DNA of 64,000 bases, taken from Anthoceros angustus (Eukaryota > Plantae > Anthocerotophyta). The translations under genes and the position numbers were made by a program. The DNA lies in contig MU008196.1 of NCBI GenBank assembly GCA_010909165.1, positions 186,001 to 250,000 of the forward strand. The letters are read 5' to 3'. Positions within the stretch are counted from its first letter, which is position 1, and every line of letters begins with the position of its first letter. Positions 1 to 18,474 of the stretch are shown in pieces. The notes beneath the pieces are model-generated. The model did no database searches, was not told the origin of the DNA, and worked only from the letters and a program-made list of their open reading frames with translations.

Positions 1-3000
1 AGATGAGCGGTACAAAGCGAACAAGGTGGACAATGAACCCATATCATGCATTGCAAAACTAGAGGGTAAGGTCCGGGAGAATGTGGACAAAATTTTTCAA
101 GTGGGAAGTGTGAGCTACCCGAGCGAAGCATGTCGCAGCAGGAACAAGCAAAAAGAGCAAAGGTAAGCGGAAGGCAACTGACGAGACAAAACAAGTTGAT
201 GGAGTTTTTGTGAAGCCCAAAGAGATGCAGGGGAAGCCGTGGCGAAGCTTTCAAGGAATCCCATCTTGAGAGTCAGGACAACAGATGTTGATAAGTGCTA
301 CGGAGAAAGTACTGACTGGCCTCTTGGACCTGAACGGAATGTCGAAGGAAGTTACACTCCGGAAGAAATTTCACGTCATACAGGTGGCAATGGCTAAACA
401 TCTGGCTTGTGACTCATTCGAAATGGTGAGACAAGAATACCCTCAACACTCCTCAGACGAAGTTATTGCAAGATTTCAAACCGCATTTGAGGGCAAGGTA
501 ACCATATTTCCTTCCATTGCAAAGGCGATTGTGAGGGCGCCGGCCGCCTCTCATGGCCTTCCCTCACGCTAACCCATGATGTTTGCCATTCCATGCAAAG
601 AAGTGAAAGATGTTGAGGACCTAAGAAATTACGATGATTTTCAAGCCTTTATTCTCGAGGTCCATACATGGAAGGGACTTGAAAATGAGCAAAGAGCGCT
701 AGCAGATATGGACATGGAGGAAGGGCTTCAATCGTTCACAGTGCCTAAATAGAGGACATTGTCAAGTACCAGGTCATTTCCAGAGATGCAGCAGATATGA
801 GGGGGTTTCTAAGGGTCTGCAAGTACACCCTGATAGTCATGGACGTACCCTGACCCTACTAGAAAAGGGCAGTCATGTTACACTTTATGTTAAGATTTGG
901 ACCCCCCTTTGTTGCAATTATGTTAAAATCTTGGGGTCTTGTTACACTTTTGGGACCCCTTGTTACAGTTAAGTTTGGAAACCAACCCTCCACCTTGTTA
1001 CAAATATGTTAGGTCTTGTTGCAATTATGTTGCAATGTAGTGAGAGGTGGTTTGTGTTCCCTCTCAAAATTTCAACATAATTGCAACAACCAAAGTGTTA
1101 CATCGTCTCTTGTTACAGTTTTGCAGGCTTGGTACCGAACCTCCTCCCCATCTACCTTCCTCGTTTTACTACTATTACCCTATGGAGTACCTAGTTGTAC
1201 TTAGTAGTTCCCACCGATACTCGTATGAATATACATATATATAAATACATGTACGAATACATTTTTTTTGTAAAATATAAGTATTGTTCATGGTAACATA
1301 TACTATATGGTAATTTCTGGTGATATACGGTCATATTCTATTTTATATAAAATAAGCATATACATCACACGGATAACGTACATACTTTGTACACATTATG
1401 TACACGTCCACGATACGTTTACTAGTTTGTCCTTGAGCACTCAGTGCCTTTTGTGCCTACGAGTTTGTGCTACGCGGACCCATGTTTGCTATGCGCCGGC
1501 GTAGGGTTGTTTGGCTCCAAGTCCTCCCTCCTTCTCTCTCCCCCTAGACAACTGCCTCATGTCCATGAGAAATTCAATCTCTACAAGGTGCTTGGTTTGA
1601 TTGAGACGATGAAGGCCGAGAAGATGGCAGTACAAGCGAGAACAAGGTGGACAATGAGAACCCATATCATGCATTGCAAAACTAGAGGGTAAGGTGCGGG
1701 AGAATGTGGACAAAATTTTTTGAAGTGGGAAGCGGGTGAGCTACCCGAGCGAAGCATGTCGCGGAACAAGCAAAAGAGCAAAGGTAGCGGAAGGCAGGCA
1801 GCGAGACAAAACAAGTTGATGGAGTTTTGTGAAGCCCAAAGAGATGCGAGGAAGCCGTGGCGAAGCTTTCAAGGAATCCCATCGGAGAGTCGGGACAACA
1901 GATGTTGATAAGTGCTACGGAGAAATCTTGTGGCCTCTTGGACCGAACGGAATGTCGAAGTTACACTCGGAAGAAATTTCACGTCATTCGGTGGCAATGG
2001 CAAAACATCGGTTGTGACTCATTGAAAATGGTGAGACAAGAATACCCTCAACACTCCTCGACGAAGTTATTGCAAGATTTCAAACCGCATTTGAGGGCAA
2101 GGTAACCATATTTCCTTCCATTACGAAAGGCGATTGTGAGGCGCCCTGCCGCCTCTCATTTCAGGTCTCTCACGCTAACCCATGATGTTTGCCATTCCAT
2201 GCGACAAGTGAAAGATGTTGAGGACCTAAGAAATTACGATGATTTTCAAGCCTTTATTCTCGAGGTCCATACATGGAAGGGACTTGAAAATGAGCAAAGA
2301 GCGCAGAATATGGACATGGAGGAAGGGCTTCAATCGTTCACGATTGCTAAATAGAGGACATTGTCAAGTACCAGTCATTTCAGAGATCGGCGAGATATGA
2401 GGGTTTCTAAGTGCCGCAAGTACACCACAGTAGTCATGGACGTGCCTGACCCTACTAGAAAAGGGTCATGTTACACTTTATGTTAAGATTTGGACCCCCT
2501 TTATTGCAATTATGTTAAAATCTTGGGGTCTTGTTACACTTTTGGGACCCCCTTATTACGATTAGGTTTGGAAACCAACCCTCCACCTTATTACAGTCAT
2601 ATTCTGAGTCTTGTTGCAATTATGTTGCAATGTAGTGAGAGGTGGTTTGTGTCCCTCTCAAAATTTCAACATAATTGCAACAACCAAAGTGTTACATCGT
2701 CTCTTATTCTGATTTTGAGGCTTGGTACCGAACCTCCTCCCATCTACCTTCCTCTTTTACTACTATTACCCTATGGAATACCTAGTTGTACTTAGTAGTT
2801 CCACCGATACTCGTATGAATATACATATATATAAAATACATGTATGAATACATTCTTTGTAAAATACGTATTGTTCATGGTAACATATACTATATGGTAA
2901 TTTCACATGATATGGTCATATTCTATTTTATATAAAATAAGCATATACGTCACGGATAGCGTACATACTTTGTACACATTATGTACACGTCCACGATCGT

Positions 3001-3147
3001 TTACTAGTTTGTCCTTGAGCACTTTCGATTGCCTTTTGTGCCTCTGAGTTTGTGCTCACAGCGGACCCATGTTTGCTATCTTGGCGTGGGGTTGTTTGGC
3101 TCAAGTCCTCCCTCCTTCTCTCTCCCCTAGACAATTGCCTCATGTCC
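1..3147. repeat. ~1.6-kb tandem duplication (1-1565 / 1566-3147) of an unidentified degenerate, probably TE-derived sequence
   Basis: Position 1 aligns with ~1622. Both copies end at ...CCTCATGTCC. The copies differ by many small indels. Confidence 0.85.
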
Positions 3148-3382
3148 GTTCTGCGCCTTTTGCCCTGCCTCGACCATGGCTGTTGGTTGCTCCACTCCTA
3201 TCCTCCCTCTGCCACTCGCCTCTTCCACTCCCTTGTGTTGTTTTCACTGTCCACACTCAACATATGTCTCATATACAGTGACAAGACACTTTCTTCTTTG
3301 TGCTACAGCACCCGGATCTCGCCCTCTAAACACATCCCTCCTACCGTTCACTGGCCTTGTCACTCCGAGATAAGGAATAACA

Positions 3383-3880
3383 ACATGGAATGAGTCTTGG
3401 TCTGACCTTGCAACTACTTGCAGTTGTACATGTACACGAGACACCCTGCTATGCTACTATCGCCTTCTCTAACATCAAATCACTAGCTAGTTACGCAATG
3501 TTTTGAAAAATTGAGAGGAAATCATAGAATTGGAACAAATTTTACCGATGGAACTGCATTGATGTGAAGAAGGCGATGGAAGAATGGAGGGTTTCATGTA
3601 CATGTATAGTCGCAAGGTGAGGCCAAGACCCATTCCATGCTGTGATGTTCTACCTCAAAATTTTATTTGATGCGTGACCACACTGTGATGTGACATTAGA
3701 GAAGGCGATGCTAGGAGGGCAGGGTCTTGGCCTGACCTTGCAATGCTCTGCAAGTACAAGATATGCTTGCGGCTGTACACGTGATCCCACCCTGCCACCA
3801 TCCCTTCACCAACATCATGTCACAGTGGTTACGCATCAGCTGAAAAATTGAGACGGGAAATCACAGCATGGAACGGGTCT
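3383..3880. repeat. ~150-bp diverged repeat units in mixed (direct and inverted) orientation
   Basis: The motifs GTCTTGGYCTGACCTTGC and GAAAAATTGAGA..AAATCA occur on + at ~3390-3530 and ~3720-3880, and reverse-complemented at ~3590-3720. Part of the unit recurs at ~6790 and ~8158. Confidence 0.6.
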
Positions 3881-4440
3881 CTCAAACGAACGCTGCACCC
3901 TAATATCCCCAAATAATTTTTCTATAATAATTATTAATAAATCATAGATGTTTTATGCACCTAACTCGGTATAGGTTATTGTAACAATGAGACCTGGGCA
4001 GTAATGGAAATGGGTTAAATAGTACAATAAAAAAATTACTAGCGCAACCAATGTCCAACCAATGTCCATTCCATTTCATGAGATTATAAAATCTAGCCAA
4101 TCCTATGAAGTTGTATTCTACAAGAGGAAAAGGAAAAATTGTATATTATTACACCACACCTTTTTCTATATGTATGCACAAAATATGGCTGTATTATACT
4201 TGAACTTGAGGCCTCCATTATGTTTTGACTAATGTGATGACCAATTAGACCATGAAACTTGGGTGATAATTAACCCCTGAAATGGTTGTGTGTCTCAAAT
4301 TGAGACTTCCATATTTTACTCCTCAAAAAAATATTTAACTGCCCATATAACAAAATCTAACTTAGGTGTTGAAACGTTTCCCAGCTCGAGACAATCTAGG
4401 GTCATATGACTCTTTAAACCAACTTTCCCAATTAACAATG

Positions 4441-5870
4441 ACACTCCCAAAAACACTCGAGTCATAGCCAAATAAACCTTCAACCATATTCCACCACTAT
4501 TAGAAAGCTTGAGGCCCTGTTATGGCCATTTGTAACATGTTAGCCTTGTCATGTTGCATTTTCAAGGCCAATGTTACAAGGCTCGAGGGTCGGGGCCTCT
4601 CAAACATTACATCAAATGTTATATTTATAGTGTGATATCACCGTTAAGAAATCAGGCTCAATATAGATGGTGTAAAGAACCTAGATTAAACCTTGATTTA
4701 CCTGCATAGACTAGTTGCAGATATATGCTAGTCGCATTTAAAAAAAGTGGGCGAGATCGTATGTGATGTGGTGATGAAAGATTAGAATCCACAAGTTGTC
4801 TTTACATCGTCTTGGGTGTGGTGCATAGGGTCTTGTGACGTGTATTTGTAGGAGCTTTTATCTTTTTGCTATGTAGCAAAATGTAAAAGCTCCTACAAAC
4901 ACACACATATACGCACCGTGAGGTTGTCACACTCCCAAAAACACTCGAGTCATAGCCAAATAAACCTTCAACCATATTCCACCACTATTAGAAAGCTTGA
5001 GGCCATGTTATGGCCATTTGTAACATGTTAGCCTTGTCATGTTGCATTTTCAAGGCCAATGTTACAAGGCTCGAGGGTCGGGCCTCTCAAACATTACATC
5101 AAATGTTATATTTATAGTGATATCACCCTTACGTTAAGAAATCAGGCTCAATATAGATGGTGTAAAGAACCTAGATTAAACCTTGATTTACCCGCATAGA
5201 CTAGTTATATATATGCTAGTCGCATTTAAAAAAGTGGGCGAGATCATATGTGATGTGGTGATGGAAGATTAGAATCCACAAGTTGTCTTTACATCGTCTT
5301 GGGTGTGGTGCATAGGGTCTTGTGGCGTGTATTTGTAGGAGCTTTTATCTTTTGCTATGTAGCAAAATGTAAAAGCTCCTACAAACACACACATATACGC
5401 ACCGTGAGGTTGTCACACTCCCAAAAACACTCGAGTCATAGCCAAATAAACCTTCAACCATATTCCACCACTATTAGAAAGCTTGAGGCCATGTTATGGC
5501 CATTTGTAACATGTTAGCCTTGTCATGTTGCATTTTCAAGGCCAATGTTACAAGGCTCGAGGGTCGGGCCTCTCAAACATTACATCAAATGTTATATTTA
5601 TAGTGTGATATCACCCTTCGTTGAAATCAGGCTCAATATAGATGGTGTAAAGAACCTAGATTAAACCTTGATTTACCCGCATAGACTAGTTATGGATATA
5701 TGCTAGTCGCATTTAAAAAAGTGGGCGAGATGTGATGTGGTGATGGAAGATTAGAATCCACAAGTTGTCTTTACATCGTCTTGGGTGTGGTGCATAGGGT
5801 CTTGTGACGTGTATTTGTAGGAGCTTTTATCTTTTGCTATGTAGCAAAAAGCGACTCCTACAAACACACA
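4441..5870. repeat. Tandem array of ~487-bp units (3 copies, plus a partial copy at ~6983-7290)
   Basis: ACACTCCCAAAAACACTCGAGTCATAGCC recurs at ~4441, ~4929 and ~5415. Confidence 0.9.
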
Positions 5871-8348
5871 CATATCTGAGTGAGGTTGTCACACTCCTAT
5901 ACACGTACAACCATCACTTGCGACACTATCCTGTCTCAAGTTTCCTCTCAACAAGAGAAGTTTTCATAAGGAAGCTCCAAAAACATGCTACACATCGTGC
6001 ATGCAAAAGAGGATGGAGTTCAAACACACCTAGTACCTTGCTGCCCCAAGATTCAAATAGTGAACTCCCTCCGCTCTCACAATACACCATATTTGCTTGC
6101 TTAAAGAAAACTTCCCCAACGCTTATCTTCATTTTGGGGAGAAGCCGATCGCTGGATTCTCCTCCATCTTTCACCTTATCCAAAAGACATTATTAAGGAT
6201 TGTTGGTTTGAAACGTGTGATACCCAAGGGGTGCGAGAGGTGCTTGCTCAAGGCAATGTTCACAATAAACACACACAGCCTGCTATTAGAGACATGTCCC
6301 GCCGAGGGTACTAGTTGTTGAACATCTGTTTGGTATGAGGAGATAGATATTTCTACGCTCAGCTTGCCACTCAGCCCATAAGGTCATGGTTTCACATCAG
6401 CATTACAGTTTTTAGAGGCTAGTCATAATGTTGGTTTCTTTTCAACTACGATAACACAACTAAGTAACAGCTTCCACAACACAAGTGTGTACATGCAACA
6501 ATTTCGCAGTGACTTCCTATGGTTAGAGCGGCTCACAGCTTGGTGTCTGCAGCAAGAAAGGGGCAAAGACGAAGAAGCTTTCACGTTGAGCATCAGTTTG
6601 CAAGCACAAGATAACACACAGTTAGTGACTCTGGGCACATTTTTGCACAACACCCAGCAGCCAGTGAATACAGTGCTGTAGAACGCAGGCATAAAACATA
6701 GATAAGCTCAAGGGCAACAACCCTGTCGCTGAGGAGGTTGATTTATTACAATAGAAGGATGGCTTTACAGTTCTCTAGGATGGCAACACCTTCACCAACA
6801 TCATGTCACAGTGGTTACGCATCAGCTGAAAAATTGAGACTGGAAATCACAGCATGGAACGGGCTTTGAATCGGGCAACAGAACCATCCGGATGCAACTT
6901 TAATTTAAATACCCATTTGGATGTAATGGCTCGTCTGTCCGGAGGTAAAGTTACTAGCTCCCAGGTTTTGTTTTCAATGAGGTCAAACATTACATCAAAT
7001 GTTATATTTATAGTGATATCACCCTTACGTTAAGAAATCAGGCTCAATATAGATGGTGTAAAGAACCTAGATTAAACCTTGATTTACCCGCATAGACTAG
7101 TTATATATATGCTAGTCGCATTTAAAAAAGTGGGCGAGATCATATGTGATGTGGTGATGGAAGATTAGAATCCACAAGTTGTCTTTACATCGTCTTGGGT
7201 GTGGTGCATAGGGTCTGTGGCGTTTGTAGGAGCTTTTATCTTTTGCTATGTAGCAAAATGTAAAAGCTCCTACAAACACATATACGCATGAGTGAGGTTG
7301 TCACACTCCTATACACGTACAACCATCACTTGCGACTATCCATCTCAAGTTTCCTCTCAACAAGAGAAGTTTCCATAAGGAAGCTCCAAAACATGCTACA
7401 CATCGTGCATGCAAAAGAGGATGGAGTTCAAACACACCTAGTACCTTGCCCCAAGATTCAAATAGTGAACTCCTCCGCCTCTCAATACACCATATTAAGC
7501 TTGCTTAAAGAAAACTTCCCCAACGCTTATCTTCATTTTGGGGAGAAGCGTTGGATTCTCCTCCATCTTTCACCTTATCCAAAAAGATTATTAAGGATTG
7601 TTGGTTTGGAAGCGTATGATACCCAAGGGGTGCGAGAGGTGCTTGCTCAAGGCAATGTTCACAATAAACACACACTGCTATTAGAGACATGTCCCGCCGA
7701 GGGTACTAGTTGTTGAACATTTGGTATGAGGAGATAGATATTTCTACGCCACACTCATTTATAAGGTCATGGTTTCACATCAGCATTACAGTTTTTAGAG
7801 GCTAGTCATAATGTTGGTTTCTTTTCAACTAGGATAACACAACTAAGTAACAGCTTCCACAACACAAGTGTGTACATGCAACAATTTCGCAATGACTTCC
7901 TATGGTTAGAGCGGCTCACAGCTTGGTGTCTGCAGCAAGAAAGGGGCAAAGACGAAGAAGCTTTCACGTTGAGCATCAGTTTGCAAGCACAAGATAACAC
8001 ACAGTTAGTGACTCTGGGCACATTTTTGCACAACACCAGCAGTGAATACGGTCAGAGAACGCATAAAACATAGATAAGCTCAAGGGCAACAACCCTGTCG
8101 CTGAGGAGGTTGATTTATTACAATAGAAGGATGGCTACAGTTCTAGGATGGCAACACCTTCACCAACATCATGTCACGTGGTTACGCATCGGTGAAAAAT
8201 TGAGACTGGAAATCACAGCATGGAACGGGCTTTGAATCGGGCAACAGAACCATCCGGATGCAACTTTAATTTAAATACCCATTTGGATGTAATGGCTCGT
8301 CTGTCCGGAGGTAAAGTTACTAGCTCCCAGGTTTTGTTTTCAATGAGG
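5573..8348. repeat. ~1.4-kb tandem duplication (5573-6982 / 6983-8348)
   Basis: The same ORF fragments occur twice (6487/7870, 6423/7806). The second copy runs on into copia sequence. Confidence 0.85.
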
Positions 8349-9050
8349 CTGTTATACTCAGAATCAATGGCCTTCTGCCATTCTGCTTTATAGGGGCCAG
8401 ATAAAGCTTCCTTATATGTAAGTGGTGTATCGGGTGGATCAAGGATGGTGGAGGCTGATGTATGGGCAAGAGCTGCTAGATCGGACCGAGGTAATGGGTC
8501 AGCTGGTAAGATTGGTAAGACTGGTATTGGCACTAAGGTGTCACCAGGTTCATAGGGTTTTTCTAACACTCAGATCTAGGACAGTGAATTCGTGCTGATC
8601 TACGTGGCAAAACAAGGTCTTGTTCTACAACTGGAGGGTCTGGATCCACATCTAATTCAGCTGGATCTAGAACAGGAAGATCTAACTCTGCAGCTGGAGG
8701 AGCATCATCTAACTGTACAGGGTCAAGTACAACTGGTGCATTCATAGGAGGTTGTTGGACAGGAAATTGAAGTTGTGGTGGCACACTAGAAAAATCGGAA
8801 GGAAAATCAGAAATGTCAGTGTCAATCTCATCATCTGTAACTGGTAGCTGTGGTGTATGCCCATATACAGAGGGTTCTAATAAAGGCGTGTGGCTTGTGA
8901 CATTATGTTGATGAGAGGAGATGATAATGCTCTTGTTGAAACTCACACTTCGAGCCAAGGTAAGCTGTCTTGTGTGTGGATTGTATAACTTGTAGCCCTT
9001 CGATTGCTCAGAATAACCAACAAATACATGCTTAGTAGCCTCAGTTCATA
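8225..9050 (-). mobile_element. Ty1/copia fragment (integrase C-terminus, linker, start of RT)
   Basis: TYKEALSGPYKAEWQKAIDSEYNSLIENKTWELVTLPPDRRAITSKWVFKLKLHPDGSVARFKAR is the start of the copia RT (RVT_2) domain. Confidence 0.9.
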
Positions 9051-12000
9051 GGGCAGTACCCTCACGGTCCTAGGCCAGACATTTGGTTGCAGACGACGTC
9101 CCGCGTGCTGGACTTTGCCAGGGGTCTTCCCTTCACCAGTGTGTCGCACCGTCGCTGCGGCCACAACGCCGCTCCCTCACCGCTCGAACGCTTCCCAGCT
9201 GCTACCTCCACAAAGAAAGGTTTGGGCCCCGCCCTCACCCTGGTCACCGCACCTCAAGACCCTACCAGACACCATGCACCCTCACACGGTCGGCACGACG
9301 CTTGTGTAGCAAAACAAGCACACAGTGTTAGAGCAAGGCATGACATTTTATTATGGGAGCTCCTCCCCTCTTATAGGAGCTCCCCAAACCCTAGCATTAA
9401 TTAAGTCTGGTGGGGTAGGTGGGGTTGCTTACGGTTTTTAAGTGGATGGCCTCTTAAAAGGTTCTTAACCTACCTCCTAACAATCCCACTAACCCCCTAT
9501 GGGTCTTAATGACCCCTTCACTCCCCTACCAACTATCTGCCAACTTCTTCTTGGGCGTTGGCATGGCCAAGCGCCCAACCACCGTCTTCCTCCTCTTTGC
9601 TGGGGGACTGCTCCCCGTCCGGATCTCCTCACTCGTCGTCGCGACAGGAACCTCCACACCTGTCTCGGCGATCTTGTGATGGTGGGCGCCACCCCTCTTG
9701 CAGGGCGCTCTTGTAGAGGCATTGGCCTCTCTGTCATCTTGCCCTTTACAATTACCTCAGGCGGTTGGGTGTTGGTGCAACGCTTGTCCTACCGCCAGAC
9801 ACCCCAACCCTACCGGACACCATGCACCCTCACACGGTCGACGACGCTTGTGTAGCAAAACAAGCACACACAGGTTAGGAGAGCAAGGCATGACATTTTA
9901 TTATGGGAGCTCCTCCCCCTCTTATAGGAGCTCCCCCCAAACCCTAGCATTAATTAAGTCTGGTGGGGTAGGTGGGGTTGCTTACGGTTTTTAAGTGGAT
10001 GGCCTCTTAAAAGGTTCTTAACCTACCTCCTAACAATCCCACTAACCCCCTATGGGTCTTAATGACCCCTTCACTCCCCTACCAACTATCTGCCAACTTC
10101 TTCTTGGGCGTTGGCCAAGCGCCCAACCACCGTCTTCCTCCTCTTTGCCGGGGACCGCTCCCGTCAGGATCTCCTCACTGTCGTCGCAGAACCTCCACAC
10201 TGTCTCGGCGTGATGATGAAGCCACCTCCTCTTGCACGGCGCTCTTGTAGAGGCATTGGCCTCTCTGTAGCAAACTGTACTGCCGCCGCTACAATTACCT
10301 CAAGGCGGTTGGGTGCTGGTGCAACGCTTGTCCTACCGCCAGACACCCCCAACCCTACCGGCCTACTGGAAATCTCCTCTTCTTCCATTGGCTCCTCCCA
10401 TACTGAGCCTTCTGCATCCATTTCGCTCTCCACGTCCTGAATCTCCGAAGCTGAGGATCGCAATTCCTCCAAAATCTCCCTGTCGTCATCGTGGGGACCC
10501 AACAACTTCCTTGTCAACAAGGAACGCATCTCCTTGGCGAACTTGTTGACCCTAGCATGTAAGTGGACCTGCATCTCCTGGCCCTTCAAACAAATCTCAT
10601 CAAATTCCTCAGGCCACTCTCCTGAGGCTAACTTACTTCGCAAAGCATCCCTCTCAAGTGTCACCTCACTCAAACGAAGCTGTAAAGTGACATTTTGCAT
10701 CTCTCTTCCATGCCTCCAGTATCCCTTGCTGCCATGCATAATCAGCCTGGAAGCGTTGCTTCCTGACGACCAGCATGCGATGCATCATTTTCCTCCGGTG
10801 AGCTACCTCTTCCTTCCACCGTTGGTCAGCCTCCGTTGCTTGCTTCATGAGCTCCTCACGCTCCTTGCTCCATGTGGCCTGTCCTTCCTCCAGCTCCTTG
10901 AGCTTGGCCTCCAGTCCTTCATTCTTGGCTTGGGCAGCCTCAGCCTCCGCCTGGACAGTCTTCAACCTGTCCCCATTTTGTTCCTTCTCAGCCTGGAGGG
11001 CTGAGAGTTGCTGCTGCCACTCCTTCCCACATTGGACAGTCTCCTCAATCTTCCGGTTGAGGGTAGCTACTTCCTTCATTCGCTCTCTACTTTCTTGTCT
11101 CAGCCTCTGTTCTTCAATTTTGCTGAGCCCCAACCTTCTCTCCAGATCAACTAGGCGCCCCTTCGCTAGCGCCATCTCCTTGATAGCCTTGCTATCCTTC
11201 TCCCCACGATCAGGGCAATCGCTTGGGTATCACGGCGGCTCTCACCTCCAACTCCTCTACTTCACAGCAGCTTGCTTCACTAATGGAGTATCAATTAGCT
11301 GACTGATGGTCAGCACATCCTTCAAAGCCTTTGTCTTCTCATTCCCTCACAGTCGACTGACTGCCTTCCTCTCGGTGGGCAGTCTTTCCACTCCTGACTG
11401 TCGATGTTGGGTGGAACTCCTGTGACTCGGTCATCTCCTAGGGTGGGTTAGTTCCACCACCCTGCTCCATGGGGGTTGCCTCCTGTACACATGGTGGCCA
11501 CTCTTCCTCTTCCATTGGCTCCTCCCCTCTTATAGGAGCTCCCCAAACCCTAGCATGTAAGTGGACTGCATCTCTTCTTCCTTGGCGTCAGACGCCGGGG
11601 TGGTCTCAGTTCGTGATTGATGGCTAATCATTGCTTATTTGTGATGGCATACAACCATGCATGACAACCACCCCTATACATCATTACCTGGATGTACGTA
11701 AGGTATATCCATATAACATCATGATATCCCATACACATGCACGCCATCTCCTCAAATTAGCATTCTTGCCCATGTATTCATGTATATCCACACGTAATCA
11801 TGCATGCATCATACATCATCCCACATATATTTTATTCATTCCACATACATTTTATGCATTCCACATATATCTATATGCATCCATATGCCATATCATGTAC
11901 ACTATAAGTCCAGGGCATGCCATCCATGGGCACGACTTGCTATGATGTGTCTCGACACATGTTTTTGTGTCCTATTTACTTGTCTAATCCTATAGTCTGA

Positions 12001-12290
12001 TCCTACCATGCCATGACAGCCCCTGTGTATTCTTTTGCATCACTCTAATTGAATCTTGTGAGCTCAAATCAAGCAAAGATTCGATTTGAGCTCCTTGGCC
12101 ATTAAGGTAATCCCCGTCAGTCCAAGTCGAGTAGGGTCGCAAAAGAAATTATTTATTACCTTCTTTTATCCCAATTTATATCTTTTATCTCTGATATATC
12201 TATAAATACCTTCATATTTTATCCCTACCTTATTATCCTATATTATCACATACTATCATGTACATTTACTCCGTATTACAGGGCATTACA
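9050..12290 (-). mobile_element. Probable Ty3/gypsy (Tat/Athila-like) remnant: LTR-like sequence with a ~550-bp duplication and a coiled-coil accessory ORF (10164-11175)
   Basis: The minus-strand ORFs are E/K/Q-rich coiled coils. The segment ends in GGGCATTACA (12290), an LTR-like terminus. No catalytic domain is visible. Confidence 0.45.
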
Positions 12291-12785
12291 GCTGTCCTTC
12301 CAAGCCTTAGTGGAACATGGATAGATACTCAAGTCCCACGACATAACAAATTCAGTCCAAGTGGAATTGAATACATTCGCATTATTTAGCAACTTGTCCA
12401 TGGAGCCCACACAAATGGCCTGCTACACAACCTCCCCTTCCGGCGCCCCACTCCCCGAGAAAAAGCCCAAAATGCACAACTCACCAAACAAAACATAGTT
12501 CTCGTGGAATATACAGGGTGGACGATACAGCGGTAGGTACTTTGTAATGCTCTTGCTGCTTAAGCCTCCCCCTTCGCCATCCGAGTGCAACGAGCATGCG
12601 TGTCCAGGACGTGGCTGATCTTGCGGCTCCTGGATGTTGGTCTCGTACCGTTGCGGGTACCTGCCCTCTGCTGGTGTTTTGCAGAATGCTCTAACTTACT
12701 GCGGCGAGCGTGTATCAATCTGTGGTCATTTGTAGTTGCCGAATATCAAGTGAATCGGGACAACCTATCGGTGGGTGGTCTGCCC

Positions 12786-18348
<5,563 letters not shown>

Positions 18349-18474
18349 CCTAGTTATTTTACTGAATCGGTAACTAGGGTATTGGCCGGCGTGCGGTGGC
18401 CGACCTGATATGGAGTCAGAATAGTGCTGGGCAATCTAAATGCCACTTATATTTACTGTTATAAATGCTCTTAG

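Noticed and set aside
5804-6692. Several 65-140 aa ORFs
   Set aside because: They have no recognisable domain, and frames differ between the duplicated copies.
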